A DNA stretch of 64,000 bases from an uncultured Ignavibacteriales bacterium (lineage in GTDB: Bacteria > Zixibacteria > MSB-5A5 > GN15 > FEB-12), in NCBI GenBank assembly GCA_964464605.1, contig CAYXJN010000008.1, positions 62,001-126,000 on the forward strand, in the 5' to 3' direction. This document shows, in pieces, positions 20,927-30,070 of this stretch (positions are counted from its first letter, which is position 1; each line of letters starts with the position of its first letter). The notes beneath the pieces are model-generated. The model did no database searches. It saw only the letters and a list, made by a program, of their open reading frames with translations, and was not told the DNA's origin. A program made the translations under genes and the position numbers.

Positions 20927-21115
20927 ACGGTCTCCTTTGTGTACGGCCGTCGACTCGTATCCTACCATCATTGACTGCAATGACGACCTTGTGACTGTTT
21001 TTTGTTATACGATACCGGGTTCGGGAGTTCCCAAACTTTTTCCAAAATGAAAAAGAAATGCTTTAGGTGTCGAAAGTGTCGTGATCTGAGAAAGGAAACC
21101 GCGGCAATAAGCCGC

Positions 21116-21727
21116 TTATTTTACTTGTACGGTCTGAACGGCTTCGATAGGAACTTGTACTTTTTGCTGTTTTGAATCACGCAGATGCCAATTCCCCTGA
21201 AAGGTCAAGGAAGGCTGTACGAACGTATGATGAACGGTTTTTTTGCTGACGCTGTAGGATGCGTCTATACTTCGCTCCATCATAATCGCTGCTTCGACCA
21301 GCAGTTTGGTAAAAGCAGGGGATTGGTCGCCGGCCGCCGGCTGATTTTCTGCTATTTGTAGTCTGCCGATGATTTCTTCTATCGAGGATGGTAGACTATC
21401 CGTGAGTTTCTGTAACACCTCGTCGATGTGTTCCCGGTACACCTCATTCACCTGGCATTTGGCAAGGTTCATGGCGATAACTACCATTAACGCCTGATGA
21501 ACGCTCAAATCGAATGCCTGTTTTTGCGGAGTTTTCCGGCCAAGCAATACATACCCATGTGCCTGATCGTCAAAATGTACCGGAATGTCGGCATCTTTCA
21601 GGCAAGTGATATATCGAAATGCGGTGCGCTTCGGGATTTCCAGTTCCTGCATGATGGTTTTCATGGGAACAGCTCGATGCGAACCCAAAAGATCCAATAG
21701 TTTGATAATCTTCAGTTGTTTGCTCAT
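21116..21727 (-). CDS. HTH_11 plus degenerate WYL-like transcriptional regulator (PafC/YafY-like, no WCX tail)
   Basis: IMQELEIPKRTAFRYITCLKDADIPV...GYVL; C-terminal AAIMMERSIDASY...P.L.F.GNWHL. Start reset to ATG 21727. Confidence 0.75.
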   Translation of the reverse strand: MSKQLKIIKLLDLLGSHRAVPMKTIMQELEIPKRTAFRYITCLKDADIPVHFDDQAHGYVLLGRKTPQKQAFDLSVHQALMVVIAMNLAKCQVNEVYREHIDEVLQKLTDSLPSSIEEIIGRLQIAENQPAAGDQSPAFTKLLVEAAIMMERSIDASYSVSKKTVHHTFVQPSLTFQGNWHLRDSKQQKVQVPIEAVQTVQVK

Positions 21728-21756
21728 AAGTACTGGCGGTAAAGGGTTTTTATCTG

Positions 21757-21782
21757 GTGGGGGGAACAACTATTCCCCCCAC
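21757..21782. other. Perfect 10-bp stem-loop between the peptide gene and the WYL-like gene
   Basis: GTGGGGGGAA-caacta-TTCCCCCCAC; no U-tract on the minus strand. Confidence 0.7.
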
Positions 21783-21797
21783 ATTCGTGAGAAAATT

Positions 21798-21998
21798 TTA
21801 GAGAACTGCTTGGACGTACATCAGTGAATATGCAACCGATGTGATGTACGGCATTCCGCTCGGTCCCGGCGGCGGCGGCGGTGGTGTTCCGGTTCCATCG
21901 GCATTGGCTAATGATGGAATAGTCAGCGTAACGCTGGCTGCGAACATCACGGCTGCGAGGGTCGTCATCGCGCGACGGGCGAATTGGCGAGTGGTCAT
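21798..21998 (-). CDS. Small secreted proline-rich peptide (66 aa)
   Basis: GGAGG RBS before ATG; Sec signal ending ANA; mature part DGTGTPPPPPPGPSGMPYITSVAYSLMYVQAVL. Confidence 0.78.
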   Translation of the reverse strand: MTTRQFARRAMTTLAAVMFAASVTLTIPSLANADGTGTPPPPPPGPSGMPYITSVAYSLMYVQAVL

Positions 21999-22045
21999 GT
22001 TTCCTCCATGTGTTTGAGGTTGTTGATGTCTTCACATCACATACC

Positions 22046-22060
22046 TCAAACCGCGTGCCA
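22046..22060 (-). promoter_or_regulatory. sigma-54 (-24/-12) promoter
   Basis: Minus strand TGGCAC-GCGGT-TTGA versus consensus TGGCAC-N5-TTGC; 48 bp upstream of the peptide ATG and just downstream of a bEBP gene. Confidence 0.72.
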
Positions 22061-22087
22061 TTCGTTTGGATAGCCGCACAAATGAAG

Positions 22088-22100
22088 GAACTTCTTGATT
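22088..22100. promoter_or_regulatory. IHF-like site
   Basis: Minus strand AATCAAGAAGTTC versus WATCAANNNNTTR (1 mismatch), about 30-40 bp upstream of the -24 box. Confidence 0.45.
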
Positions 22101-22269
22101 TGTTTGTAGTTAGCATGGTCTGCGTAAATGGTAAACTATGGTCGTTTTGCCGCTTCGCTTATCGCATTCCGCAGGGCTGTCGTGCAATGCGATTGTGGTA
22201 CATACTGTTGTATTTGCCGCATGCGAACGGTTAGGAAGCGGCAAATGGCAAGATTGAGGGGTAAAAAAA

Positions 22270-25200
22270 TCACAGGAGACCATACTTCCGTAATTTTCTT
22301 CGCAATGTCGAAAGCGGGATATTGAGCATTCTTGCCATTTCCGACTGATTGTTGCCGCATTTTCTGAGTAAATCAGCCAACATTGCTTTTTCGGCTGCTT
22401 CTGATGATTGCAAATTGTATCGAGATAAGGCCATCGCGACCATCGGTCCTTTTTGTTCTTTCAGCAGATCGATATCGATAATCGTGCCCGGGTGCATGAT
22501 ACAAATGCTTTCCACGAAGTTTTTGAGTTCGCGGACATTGCCCGGCCAGGGGTATGCGTTGAGCAGGTTTTTCACTTCCAGGGTAAAGCGGGGAATAGCG
22601 CTGCCGCCATATACCTCCACAAAATGCTCAAGGAAATGATCAAGCAGTAACGGGATATCACTCTGTCTTTCCCTAAGTGGCGGGATATTAAGGGTGATGG
22701 AAGAAATTCGATAATACAAATCGGGGCTGAATAGTTTTTTTGCGACCATCTCTTCGAGATTCTTATTGGTCGCGCAAATAAAACGTATATCAGTATAGTA
22801 TGTACGGTTCGTTCCCACCGGTTGAAATTCCTGATATTCGATGGCGCGCAAAAGTTTTGCCTGTACGTCCAATGCCATATCACCGATTTCATCTAAGAAT
22901 AATGTCCCGCCATCCGCTGCGGCTAATCTGCCTTCCTGTGCGGCGATCATTGTAGCTGCGCCTTTGACTACACCGAAGAGTGTTGATTCGATTAGTGTTG
23001 GGGGAATGGCCGCACAATTCAGTTTAATCAGCTGACGGTTGCTCCGCTGGCTGCGCCTATGGATATCTTCTGCTATTAGCTCTTTTCCGGTTCCGCTTTC
23101 ACCGCGGAGTACGACAGTAAGATTCGAGGCCGCCGCCCGGGGGAGATGTTCGTATAGTTTCGCGATGGTCGGATCGTTACTGATGAATTTCCATTCGGAT
23201 CGCTGCGAGCGTCCCCGTTCCCGGGATTGCTCACTCTCAATTTTTATTGTGCGGATATCTTGTACGGCGGCGAAGGTCGGAGCGATAAAATTCGCAATCG
23301 CTTTGACGTATTTGACATCATCCTCGCGGAACACACCGGGGATAACGTGATGATCCAAATAGAGCACACCGATCGATTTATTCTGTACGACTAACGGAAT
23401 GACGATAACCGAATGGATGTTGAAGCGCATGATGCTGCTGTACTTATTCGTGCGCACATCTTCCATGGCATTATCGACGACCAGCGGTGTCGGCGTACTC
23501 TCTTTCAATTTTTCGTCGATCAGCGTACGGCTGATATCAGTCGCATCCGCCTGGCTTTGATCGTCACACCCGATTGCGGCAATAACGCGCAGACCGGAGG
23601 CGGTCGACCCGGGGGCCAAAAGAACGCCCCGTTCGGCACCTGATAAATTCACCGCGAAGCGCAATAACGCGTTCAAGGTGCTGGAGTAGTCGGTAATGTT
23701 ATTGAGCAATTCGGATACTGCATGGAACGAGGCTACCAATTCCTCTGTTTGGCCGTTGAGAGTGGAAACGCTCGGTGCTTTTTGGTATGCGATTCCGGAG
23801 AGCAGCGTGTTGCCTAACCCGGCGGAAATCGATTTTGCGAAGCTGGCGTAGCGATATGCTTGCCGGAACCGGTTTTCGCGGTTGAGTAAATCGATCAGTA
23901 CGTTGCAACTGAGAAGCGCAAGAAAACGCTGGTGTCCCTGATTCAGCGTTAAAAATGCCTGCTTCCACGCAAAAATTTCGGCATCGGGCGAAGGGGTGGA
24001 TGCAGCATAGTAATCGCACAGCTTGCTCAACGCAAAAAAAAGCGGGACATTCTCTTCATCGTGAGTTGAAATGAGTGCTTTTGCCTTTTCGGCTGTTTCT
24101 TTGATACGCTGAGCAGGGAACAGGGCTAACAGATAGAAATAGCCGAGGGATGCGTAATACGTGCTTCGATGACGGTGCAAAGTCGAAATGAGCGAGATAA
24201 GTTCGGCTTCGTTTTGCGGCTGGTCATACAATGTTCGGGCTACGAATCGAATAAGCTCCAGTTCGGCGATCGAAGTTTCATCGTTGATTTCCGAAAGCAG
24301 CTCACTTCCTTTTTTAATGTGGGCAAGGCAATTCATCAACTGCCCGCTCATCAATTCCGCTTCAGCGAGGTTGTGATAAAACTTTCCGGTAATGCGACGC
24401 ATTGCCGGCCCATTGCCGAGGGCGAGCCCTTGTGATGCCCAGCGGTGTACGCTGGTAATATCACCTGAGTTTAGTTTCAGGAATGTTTGATACTGCGCGT
24501 GACTGAACAAGTGATAACTGATTGCTTCCGCGTTTGCGATTTCAAGGTATCGCTGCAGCCAATAACCGGCTTTTTTGAATTTCCCCAGACGGACATAGGC
24601 GAACGCCAGTGTATGGTAGGATGACGGGAGCAGCGAATGGTGCTTCTTCGGGTCCATCGAGCGCAGGAATTGCTTGCTGTATGTCAACGCTTTCGAGTAG
24701 CTGCCGACTTCACAGCTTGCCAGTGCGAGTGTGGTGAGTGACGTAACTGCATCGGAAAGCAGGTTCCGCTCGATTCCTTCCTGTACGCTTTGTTCGTAAA
24801 ACGCAATTGCCTGTGGATACTTTCCTTCATGCCACCGCAAGAATCCAAGCACGTACAGTGTTTTGATGACTACTTCGCCGATATTTTGTTTTCGTGATTC
24901 ATCCAGCGTTTCAGTGGCTAACCGTTCCGCTTCCTCGCGGTTCCCCAGTGACATTTCAATCCAGCTGAGCAATTGCTTGAGTCGCAGCGCTTCTGCCTGT
25001 TGATTGGCAGGTACCAGTTCGAGGCCGCGCAACAACGTGCTTTTGGCTTCCTGCCAGCGATTGCCGGAGCGAATTTGTACCAGCGCAAGATCGATTAAAT
25101 GGCTGATTCGTTCGTGTACGGGAAGCGCATTCATGCTGACAAGTGTTCCGAGTATCCGTTCCGCATCGCTATGCATGTAAAGCCGCTGCGAATAATCGGT

Positions 25201-26445
25201 CATGCGGGTAAGCAGTTTCGCGCGGTATTCCGTATCACGCTTTTCGTTACTCTCAAGCTGCGCCAGCGCCGAGGTACAAACGAACAATCCGCTCCAATAA
25301 TGTTCATTCTGCTCATGTTTGTCTGTTTCCGTAATCGCCGTGGCAAGTAGAGCATCCTTGTCGGTAATGGAATCGAGCGGGGTTATCTGTTTGCTGTCTG
25401 TCAGGATTTTGAAGATTTTTTCGCGTGGTATGCCCACATGCCAGTAATCACCCAATTGTTCGATTGAGGAGCGCTGCAATGTTCGCAGCAATGAACGCCA
25501 TGCCGCCGAGCGGTTTCGTTTTGCTTTTTCTTTATGCAGGTCGATAATGTCGGTTGGTATGCCAAAGAGACGGCATTTAACTCTGACAAAATGGTTTGCG
25601 CTGTTTTTCGCCGTCAGCAGATTGGGGGATGAGTTTTTTAAGCATGAATGCAGAAATACCCGCAATACCTGACGGCGTTCTTGTTCGAACGATTTCTTGC
25701 CGCTTTGTTTGTCGACAATCATAAGATCAAGGAGAACGCGAGGACGGCGGTAGCGATCCTCTTCGCTTAGTGTCGCAATCAGCTCCTGCAAATGAATCAG
25801 CGTTTCTTTCGGGATTGGTGACTGTAGCGTTGTCTGTAAAAAATTATCCAGCGACATCTGCAGAGATTTACCGAGCGCATAAACATCGGTTTCGATGTAG
25901 ATGCCTTCATTGCTGATTATCTCCGGTGCAATAAGGCCGAAAGTGCCGATAAGCCGGTTTTCCGGTTTTGAGCCGGTAGGGGTAAGAAAGTCGAGATCTC
26001 CAAGATGCACCCGCAGCTTCGGTCCGGATGTCGTGACGAGAAAATTCTCGATTTTGATATCGCCATGGACGATTTCATGCAGATGCAGGTAGTCGATAAG
26101 CTGGAACATTTGGGGAAGAATCTCTTGGTAGCGGTTCCACAGTATCGCCGGGGTTAGTGCCGTCCAGCTATTTTCCGGATAGAACGGATATTCCAACCCC
26201 TCACGCCCCTCATACGTTACTTTCCGTTTTGCCGTTATTATCTTTTTCCAGTGGAGGGACTTTTGCAGCGACGCAGTTTTTGCCAAGGCTTCCAAACCAA
26301 ATTTGTAGTCTATGTTCTGGCCGAGTAGTTTGAGGAAACAGGGTTTTCCGGAATTTCTCTCTTTGGCGATCCATGAATCGAAGAGATCATTCCTCGTAAT
26401 TTGTCTAACTAACTGGTACAAAACGAGCCTTCCCTTTAGAGCCAC
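22270..26445 (-). CDS. Ser/Thr kinase-like + TPR + GAF + sigma-54 AAA+ + Fis-HTH regulator (1391 aa)
   Basis: [23 protein letters not shown]-like helices; GAERG..SVIVIPL..IGVLYLD (GAF); [47 protein letters not shown]. Confidence 0.9.
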   Translation of the reverse strand: MALKGRLVLYQLVRQITRNDLFDSWIAKERNSGKPCFLKLLGQNIDYKFGLEALAKTASLQKSLHWKKIITAKRKVTYEGREGLEYPFYPENSWTALTPAILWNRYQEILPQMFQLIDYLHLHEIVHGDIKIENFLVTTSGPKLRVHLGDLDFLTPTGSKPENRLIGTFGLIAPEIISNEGIYIETDVYALGKSLQMSLDNFLQTTLQSPIPKETLIHLQELIATLSEEDRYRRPRVLLDLMIVDKQSGKKSFEQERRQVLRVFLHSCLKNSSPNLLTAKNSANHFVRVKCRLFGIPTDIIDLHKEKAKRNRSAAWRSLLRTLQRSSIEQLGDYWHVGIPREKIFKILTDSKQITPLDSITDKDALLATAITETDKHEQNEHYWSGLFVCTSALAQLESNEKRDTEYRAKLLTRMTDYSQRLYMHSDAERILGTLVSMNALPVHERISHLIDLALVQIRSGNRWQEAKSTLLRGLELVPANQQAEALRLKQLLSWIEMSLGNREEAERLATETLDESRKQNIGEVVIKTLYVLGFLRWHEGKYPQAIAFYEQSVQEGIERNLLSDAVTSLTTLALASCEVGSYSKALTYSKQFLRSMDPKKHHSLLPSSYHTLAFAYVRLGKFKKAGYWLQRYLEIANAEAISYHLFSHAQYQTFLKLNSGDITSVHRWASQGLALGNGPAMRRITGKFYHNLAEAELMSGQLMNCLAHIKKGSELLSEINDETSIAELELIRFVARTLYDQPQNEAELISLISTLHRHRSTYYASLGYFYLLALFPAQRIKETAEKAKALISTHDEENVPLFFALSKLCDYYAASTPSPDAEIFAWKQAFLTLNQGHQRFLALLSCNVLIDLLNRENRFRQAYRYASFAKSISAGLGNTLLSGIAYQKAPSVSTLNGQTEELVASFHAVSELLNNITDYSSTLNALLRFAVNLSGAERGVLLAPGSTASGLRVIAAIGCDDQSQADATDISRTLIDEKLKESTPTPLVVDNAMEDVRTNKYSSIMRFNIHSVIVIPLVVQNKSIGVLYLDHHVIPGVFREDDVKYVKAIANFIAPTFAAVQDIRTIKIESEQSRERGRSQRSEWKFISNDPTIAKLYEHLPRAAASNLTVVLRGESGTGKELIAEDIHRRSQRSNRQLIKLNCAAIPPTLIESTLFGVVKGAATMIAAQEGRLAAADGGTLFLDEIGDMALDVQAKLLRAIEYQEFQPVGTNRTYYTDIRFICATNKNLEEMVAKKLFSPDLYYRISSITLNIPPLRERQSDIPLLLDHFLEHFVEVYGGSAIPRFTLEVKNLLNAYPWPGNVRELKNFVESICIMHPGTIIDIDLLKEQKGPMVAMALSRYNLQSSEAAEKAMLADLLRKCGNNQSEMARMLNIPLSTLRRKLRKYGLL

Positions 26446-26525
26446 CGGCGAAATTAGCAGAAGCTACCAAAAAAAATCACATGTCGACAGATTTCGCTAT
26501 TTTTCTTAATCTATTGTCTTTTAAT

Positions 26526-26554
26526 ATATTAAGTATTTCCCACTTTTTTGGCAA
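26526..26554 (-). promoter_or_regulatory. Putative sigma-70 promoter of the bEBP gene
   Basis: TTGCCA-17 nt-TAATAT on the minus strand. Confidence 0.5.
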
Positions 26555-26573
26555 GTCGCAAATAAAGAAATTG

Positions 26574-26592
26574 AGTGTCAAAAAGTGACACT
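26574..26592. promoter_or_regulatory. Palindromic operator
   Basis: AGTGTCA-AAAAG-TGACACT, perfect 7-5-7. Confidence 0.6.
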
Positions 26593-26743
26593 GTGATAGT
26601 GTATTATAGTATGTCGCATATTGCCTATTTGAGGGGAGATGTGTGACGTGCGCAAGTGGTGGGTTGTTTCGGCCGTGATACGGGGCAGCATCACGCCTTT
26701 ACAACCCGCCGCTTTACTTCGAGCCGGTCGGAAAAATACAAAT

Positions 26744-26900
26744 AAAAAAGGGAGGACTGGAAAGGATGGTAGAGGGGGCAGAAACTACCATTGAGGGGTC
26801 TTTCGCTTGTCCTCCCTGAATTTTCAGGGATTCTTCTTCTGTTATTTTATACCCACTGACCGGGGACTACGCTGGGAAACTTACTTACCCCTTTGTTAGC
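26744..26900 (-). ncRNA. Candidate structured sRNA or leader with C-rich loops
   Basis: Upstream promoter TTGACT-17-TATTAT; nested hairpins; ends in GGGAGGAC...GTCCTCCC-TTTTTT. Confidence 0.5.
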
Positions 26901-26906
26901 CGACAG

Positions 26907-26935
26907 ATAATATACGCTGTTTTCAGAAAAGTCAA
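26907..26935 (-). promoter_or_regulatory. Near-consensus sigma-70 promoter with no ORF directly downstream
   Basis: TTGACT (26935-26930), 17 nt, TATTAT (26912-26907). Confidence 0.62.
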
Positions 26936-26995
26936 ATATTCTTTCCTGACAGTGTTTGTTAATTCTGGTTTGGAGATTGGTTTTTACGCCTCCCG

Positions 26996-29900
26996 TTAGA
27001 TAGTTGATATCTCCTTTTCACCAAAGCGTTTATATAAAACCGGGAGAACAATCAGCGTCAATATCGTCGAAGTAAGAATTCCGCCGACAACCACCGTTGC
27101 CAAGGGTCTTTGCACCTCTGATCCGATTCCGGTTGAAAGCGCCATCGGGATGAATCCGACTGCGGCAACCAAGGCTGTCATAAGCACCGGACGTAACCGA
27201 ACCAATGCGCTTTCACGGATTGCGTCTACCAGTCCATGTCCGCTCTCACGCAGTTGGCGTACATACGAAATCAGCACCATACCATTGAGTACCGCGATAC
27301 CGAATAGCGCAATAAATCCTACTCCGGCTGAGATCGAAAACGGCATTCCTCTCATTTCCAATGCAAGAATCCCGCCTAAAGCTGCAAGTGGAACACCGGT
27401 AAAAATCAGTAAGGCGTCCCGAATGGAATGATATGTCATGTACAAAAGACCGAAGATTAACAGCAACGCTAACGGCACCACAATCGCCAGGCGATCTTTT
27501 GCCCGTTCGAGATTTTCAAACTGACCGCCGTAGCGCACATAGTATCCGGCCGGAAGCGAGATCTCCTTGCTGATACGTTCTTCCAGTTCATCGACAAAAC
27601 TTTCGACATCCCGTCCGCGCACATTTGCCTGAATTACCGTACGCCGTTTCGCCCACTCACGGGTGATAGTCGAATATCCGGTTTCAAGTACCGGATGCAC
27701 CAATTGTGTAAGCGGGAGCTGTTTGTTGTCGGATGCCAACCAGAGCCGGGAGACATCTTCCGGTGAACCGTAATAGGTTGTATCAAGCCGCAGCGTTAAA
27801 TCAAAGCGGCGCTGGTCTTCGTAGACTTCACCGACGGTGATACCGCCCATCGCTTCGATATAGGCAAGGACTTCGTTTGCTTTGATTCCATACCGGGCGA
27901 TCTGCTCACGCTGAATGGTCAGCCGCATTTCCGGTTGCCCGGTAAGCTGCTCGGCAGAAACATCGGCTGCACCCGGAATCGATTCAACCAATCGCGTAAT
28001 CTCTTCTGCTTTCGATTCGAGCAATCCCAAATCATCACCGAACAGTTTAATACCGACATCGGCCCGAATTCCGGCAATCATTTCATTCACGCGCATTTCG
28101 ATTGGCTGCGTGAATACCCGGTTGTTACCCGGTAAATCGGAAAGTTCGGCATCCATTTTTTCGACCAGTTCGCTTTGCGTAGATGCTTTCGTCCATCCTG
28201 AACGAGGTTTCAGCGTGATGAACATATCGGTTAGCTCAAGCCCCATTGGGTCGGTTGCTAATTCGGCCGTTCCGACACGGGACCAGACATCGGCGACTTC
28301 ATCAGGAAATCGCTCGATCAATATCTGCTCCATGCGGGAATTGTTATCTACCGATTGCTCGGCAGAAATTCCTGCGAGACGTATGATATTGACCGCAATT
28401 GTTCCTTCACTTAGCCGCGGAATAAATTCACCACCCAAACGAAGGAAAAGAAACCCGCCAAGCAGTAACGCAGCAACACTACCACCGATAACCCAGCGCT
28501 GATGCAACAGCGCTTTGTCCAAAATCGGTTTATAGAGTCTGCGTGACCAGACGACAACTTTCGGTTCTTTTTCCTTGAATGGTTTGGTAAGAAACGTAGC
28601 GATTGCGGCCGGAATAACGGTGAAAGAAAGTATAAGAGACCCGATTAACACAAACACCACCGTCAGTGCCATCGGTCGGAACATTTTCCCTTCGATACCT
28701 TCAAGCGTTAAGACCGGGAGATAAACCAGAATAATAATCAACTCTCCGAATAAAGTCGGTTTGCGTACTTCGAGGATTGCATCTTTGATAACATCAAACC
28801 GAGAACGGCCGTCAGTGTTATGTGAAAGTCGGCGCATTGCGTTTTCGACCTGAATAACGGAATTATCTACCGCCAATCCGAAATCGATAGCACCCAAGCT
28901 CATCAAGCTGCCGACAATTCCGGCGCGGGACATGGCATCGAAGGCAAAGAGCATCGAAAGCGGAATAGAAGACGCTACAATCAATCCGGCGCGAAAGTTT
29001 CCTAAAAAAATAAAGAGGATAGCGATAACGAGCGCCGCACCGAAGAATAGATTATGCGTAACAGTTTCAAGAACCTGATCGACTAAGTCGGTGCGAACAT
29101 AGACCGGCTTAACATCGACACCCGGCGGCAATGTCTTTTTGATTTCTTCCAATTGCGCAGCGAGGCGGGAAGCGACATCATGCGAGTTTTGTCCGGTGAC
29201 CATGAATCCCAGACCGAGCACCGCTTCACCCTGTCCCTGGTAGCTGGCGGCACCGCGACGGATTTCATGACCGACGACCACATCGCCGATATCTTTGACG
29301 CGAATCGGCACATCATGTCGATTCGCAACGACCAGTTCGGCAATCTGTTTTTGCGCAGTTACAATACCGACCCCTTGAACGAGTGTCTGTTCACCGCCGC
29401 GAACTACTTCACCGCCGGAAACGTTGCGAACGCCGGATTCCAGCGCTTCTGCAATTTCGGCAACTGATAGTTTGTATTGTAAAAGCTTGCCCGGATCAAG
29501 CATGACTTGATACTGCTTTTCATATCCACCCCAACTGTTGATTTCAGCAACACCGGGAACGGATTGCAGCTGCGGACGAACCACCCAATCCTGAATGGTG
29601 CGCACTTCGGTTGGATCTTCAAAACGCCCGATGACGACATAATGAAAAATCTCACCGAGTCCAGTCGATACCGGTCCCAAGCGAGGTGCTTCGATGCCGT
29701 GCGGCAGTTCGACGACGGTGAGTCGTTCGGTTACTTGCTGACGGGCGAGATAGATATCTATGTCATCTTCAAAAATGAGCGTCGTTTGGGAAAGCCCATA
29801 TTTGGAAATAGAGCGAAGTTCAGTTAAACCGGTTAAACCGGCCAGTTCCCGTTCGACCGGAAACGTAATCTGGCGCTCGACCTCATCAGGCGCCCATCCC

Positions 29901-30061
29901 GGTGCGGAAACGTTGACTTGCACCATTACCGGCGTGGTATCGGGGAAGGCGTCGAAGGGGAGGCGCAAGAATGCAAATATGCCTACAACGATAAACAGAC
30001 CGGTAAGGGCCAGCACTAAATACCGACGTTGAATCGTAAAATCGATTAATTTTTCCAGCAT
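26996..30061 (-). CDS. czcA: CzcA/CusA family heavy-metal RND efflux permease
   Basis: DAFPDTTPVMVQV, LGPVSTGLGEIF, MSLGAIDFG, GKMFRPMA, RLRPVLMTA, EVQRPLATVV. Confidence 0.92.
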   Translation of the reverse strand: MLEKLIDFTIQRRYLVLALTGLFIVVGIFAFLRLPFDAFPDTTPVMVQVNVSAPGWAPDEVERQITFPVERELAGLTGLTELRSISKYGLSQTTLIFEDDIDIYLARQQVTERLTVVELPHGIEAPRLGPVSTGLGEIFHYVVIGRFEDPTEVRTIQDWVVRPQLQSVPGVAEINSWGGYEKQYQVMLDPGKLLQYKLSVAEIAEALESGVRNVSGGEVVRGGEQTLVQGVGIVTAQKQIAELVVANRHDVPIRVKDIGDVVVGHEIRRGAASYQGQGEAVLGLGFMVTGQNSHDVASRLAAQLEEIKKTLPPGVDVKPVYVRTDLVDQVLETVTHNLFFGAALVIAILFIFLGNFRAGLIVASSIPLSMLFAFDAMSRAGIVGSLMSLGAIDFGLAVDNSVIQVENAMRRLSHNTDGRSRFDVIKDAILEVRKPTLFGELIIILVYLPVLTLEGIEGKMFRPMALTVVFVLIGSLILSFTVIPAAIATFLTKPFKEKEPKVVVWSRRLYKPILDKALLHQRWVIGGSVAALLLGGFLFLRLGGEFIPRLSEGTIAVNIIRLAGISAEQSVDNNSRMEQILIERFPDEVADVWSRVGTAELATDPMGLELTDMFITLKPRSGWTKASTQSELVEKMDAELSDLPGNNRVFTQPIEMRVNEMIAGIRADVGIKLFGDDLGLLESKAEEITRLVESIPGAADVSAEQLTGQPEMRLTIQREQIARYGIKANEVLAYIEAMGGITVGEVYEDQRRFDLTLRLDTTYYGSPEDVSRLWLASDNKQLPLTQLVHPVLETGYSTITREWAKRRTVIQANVRGRDVESFVDELEERISKEISLPAGYYVRYGGQFENLERAKDRLAIVVPLALLLIFGLLYMTYHSIRDALLIFTGVPLAALGGILALEMRGMPFSISAGVGFIALFGIAVLNGMVLISYVRQLRESGHGLVDAIRESALVRLRPVLMTALVAAVGFIPMALSTGIGSEVQRPLATVVVGGILTSTILTLIVLPVLYKRFGEKEISTI

Positions 30062-30070
30062 GGCTCACCC

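Noticed and set aside
21724..22116. 130-aa minus-strand ORF overlapping the peptide gene
   Set aside because: Runs through the sigma-54 promoter and hairpins and lacks an RBS; the 66-aa frame has GGAGG and a signal peptide.
26639..26794. 51-codon + strand ORF (MCDVRKWW...) in the intergenic region
   Set aside because: G-rich SD-like sequence abuts the ATG with no spacing; sequence is better explained by hairpins; no protein-like features. Not fully excluded.
27915..28502. + strand 195-aa ORF and the many similar short overlapping ORFs across the window
   Set aside because: Antisense or off-frame within well-supported genes; no recognisable motifs.
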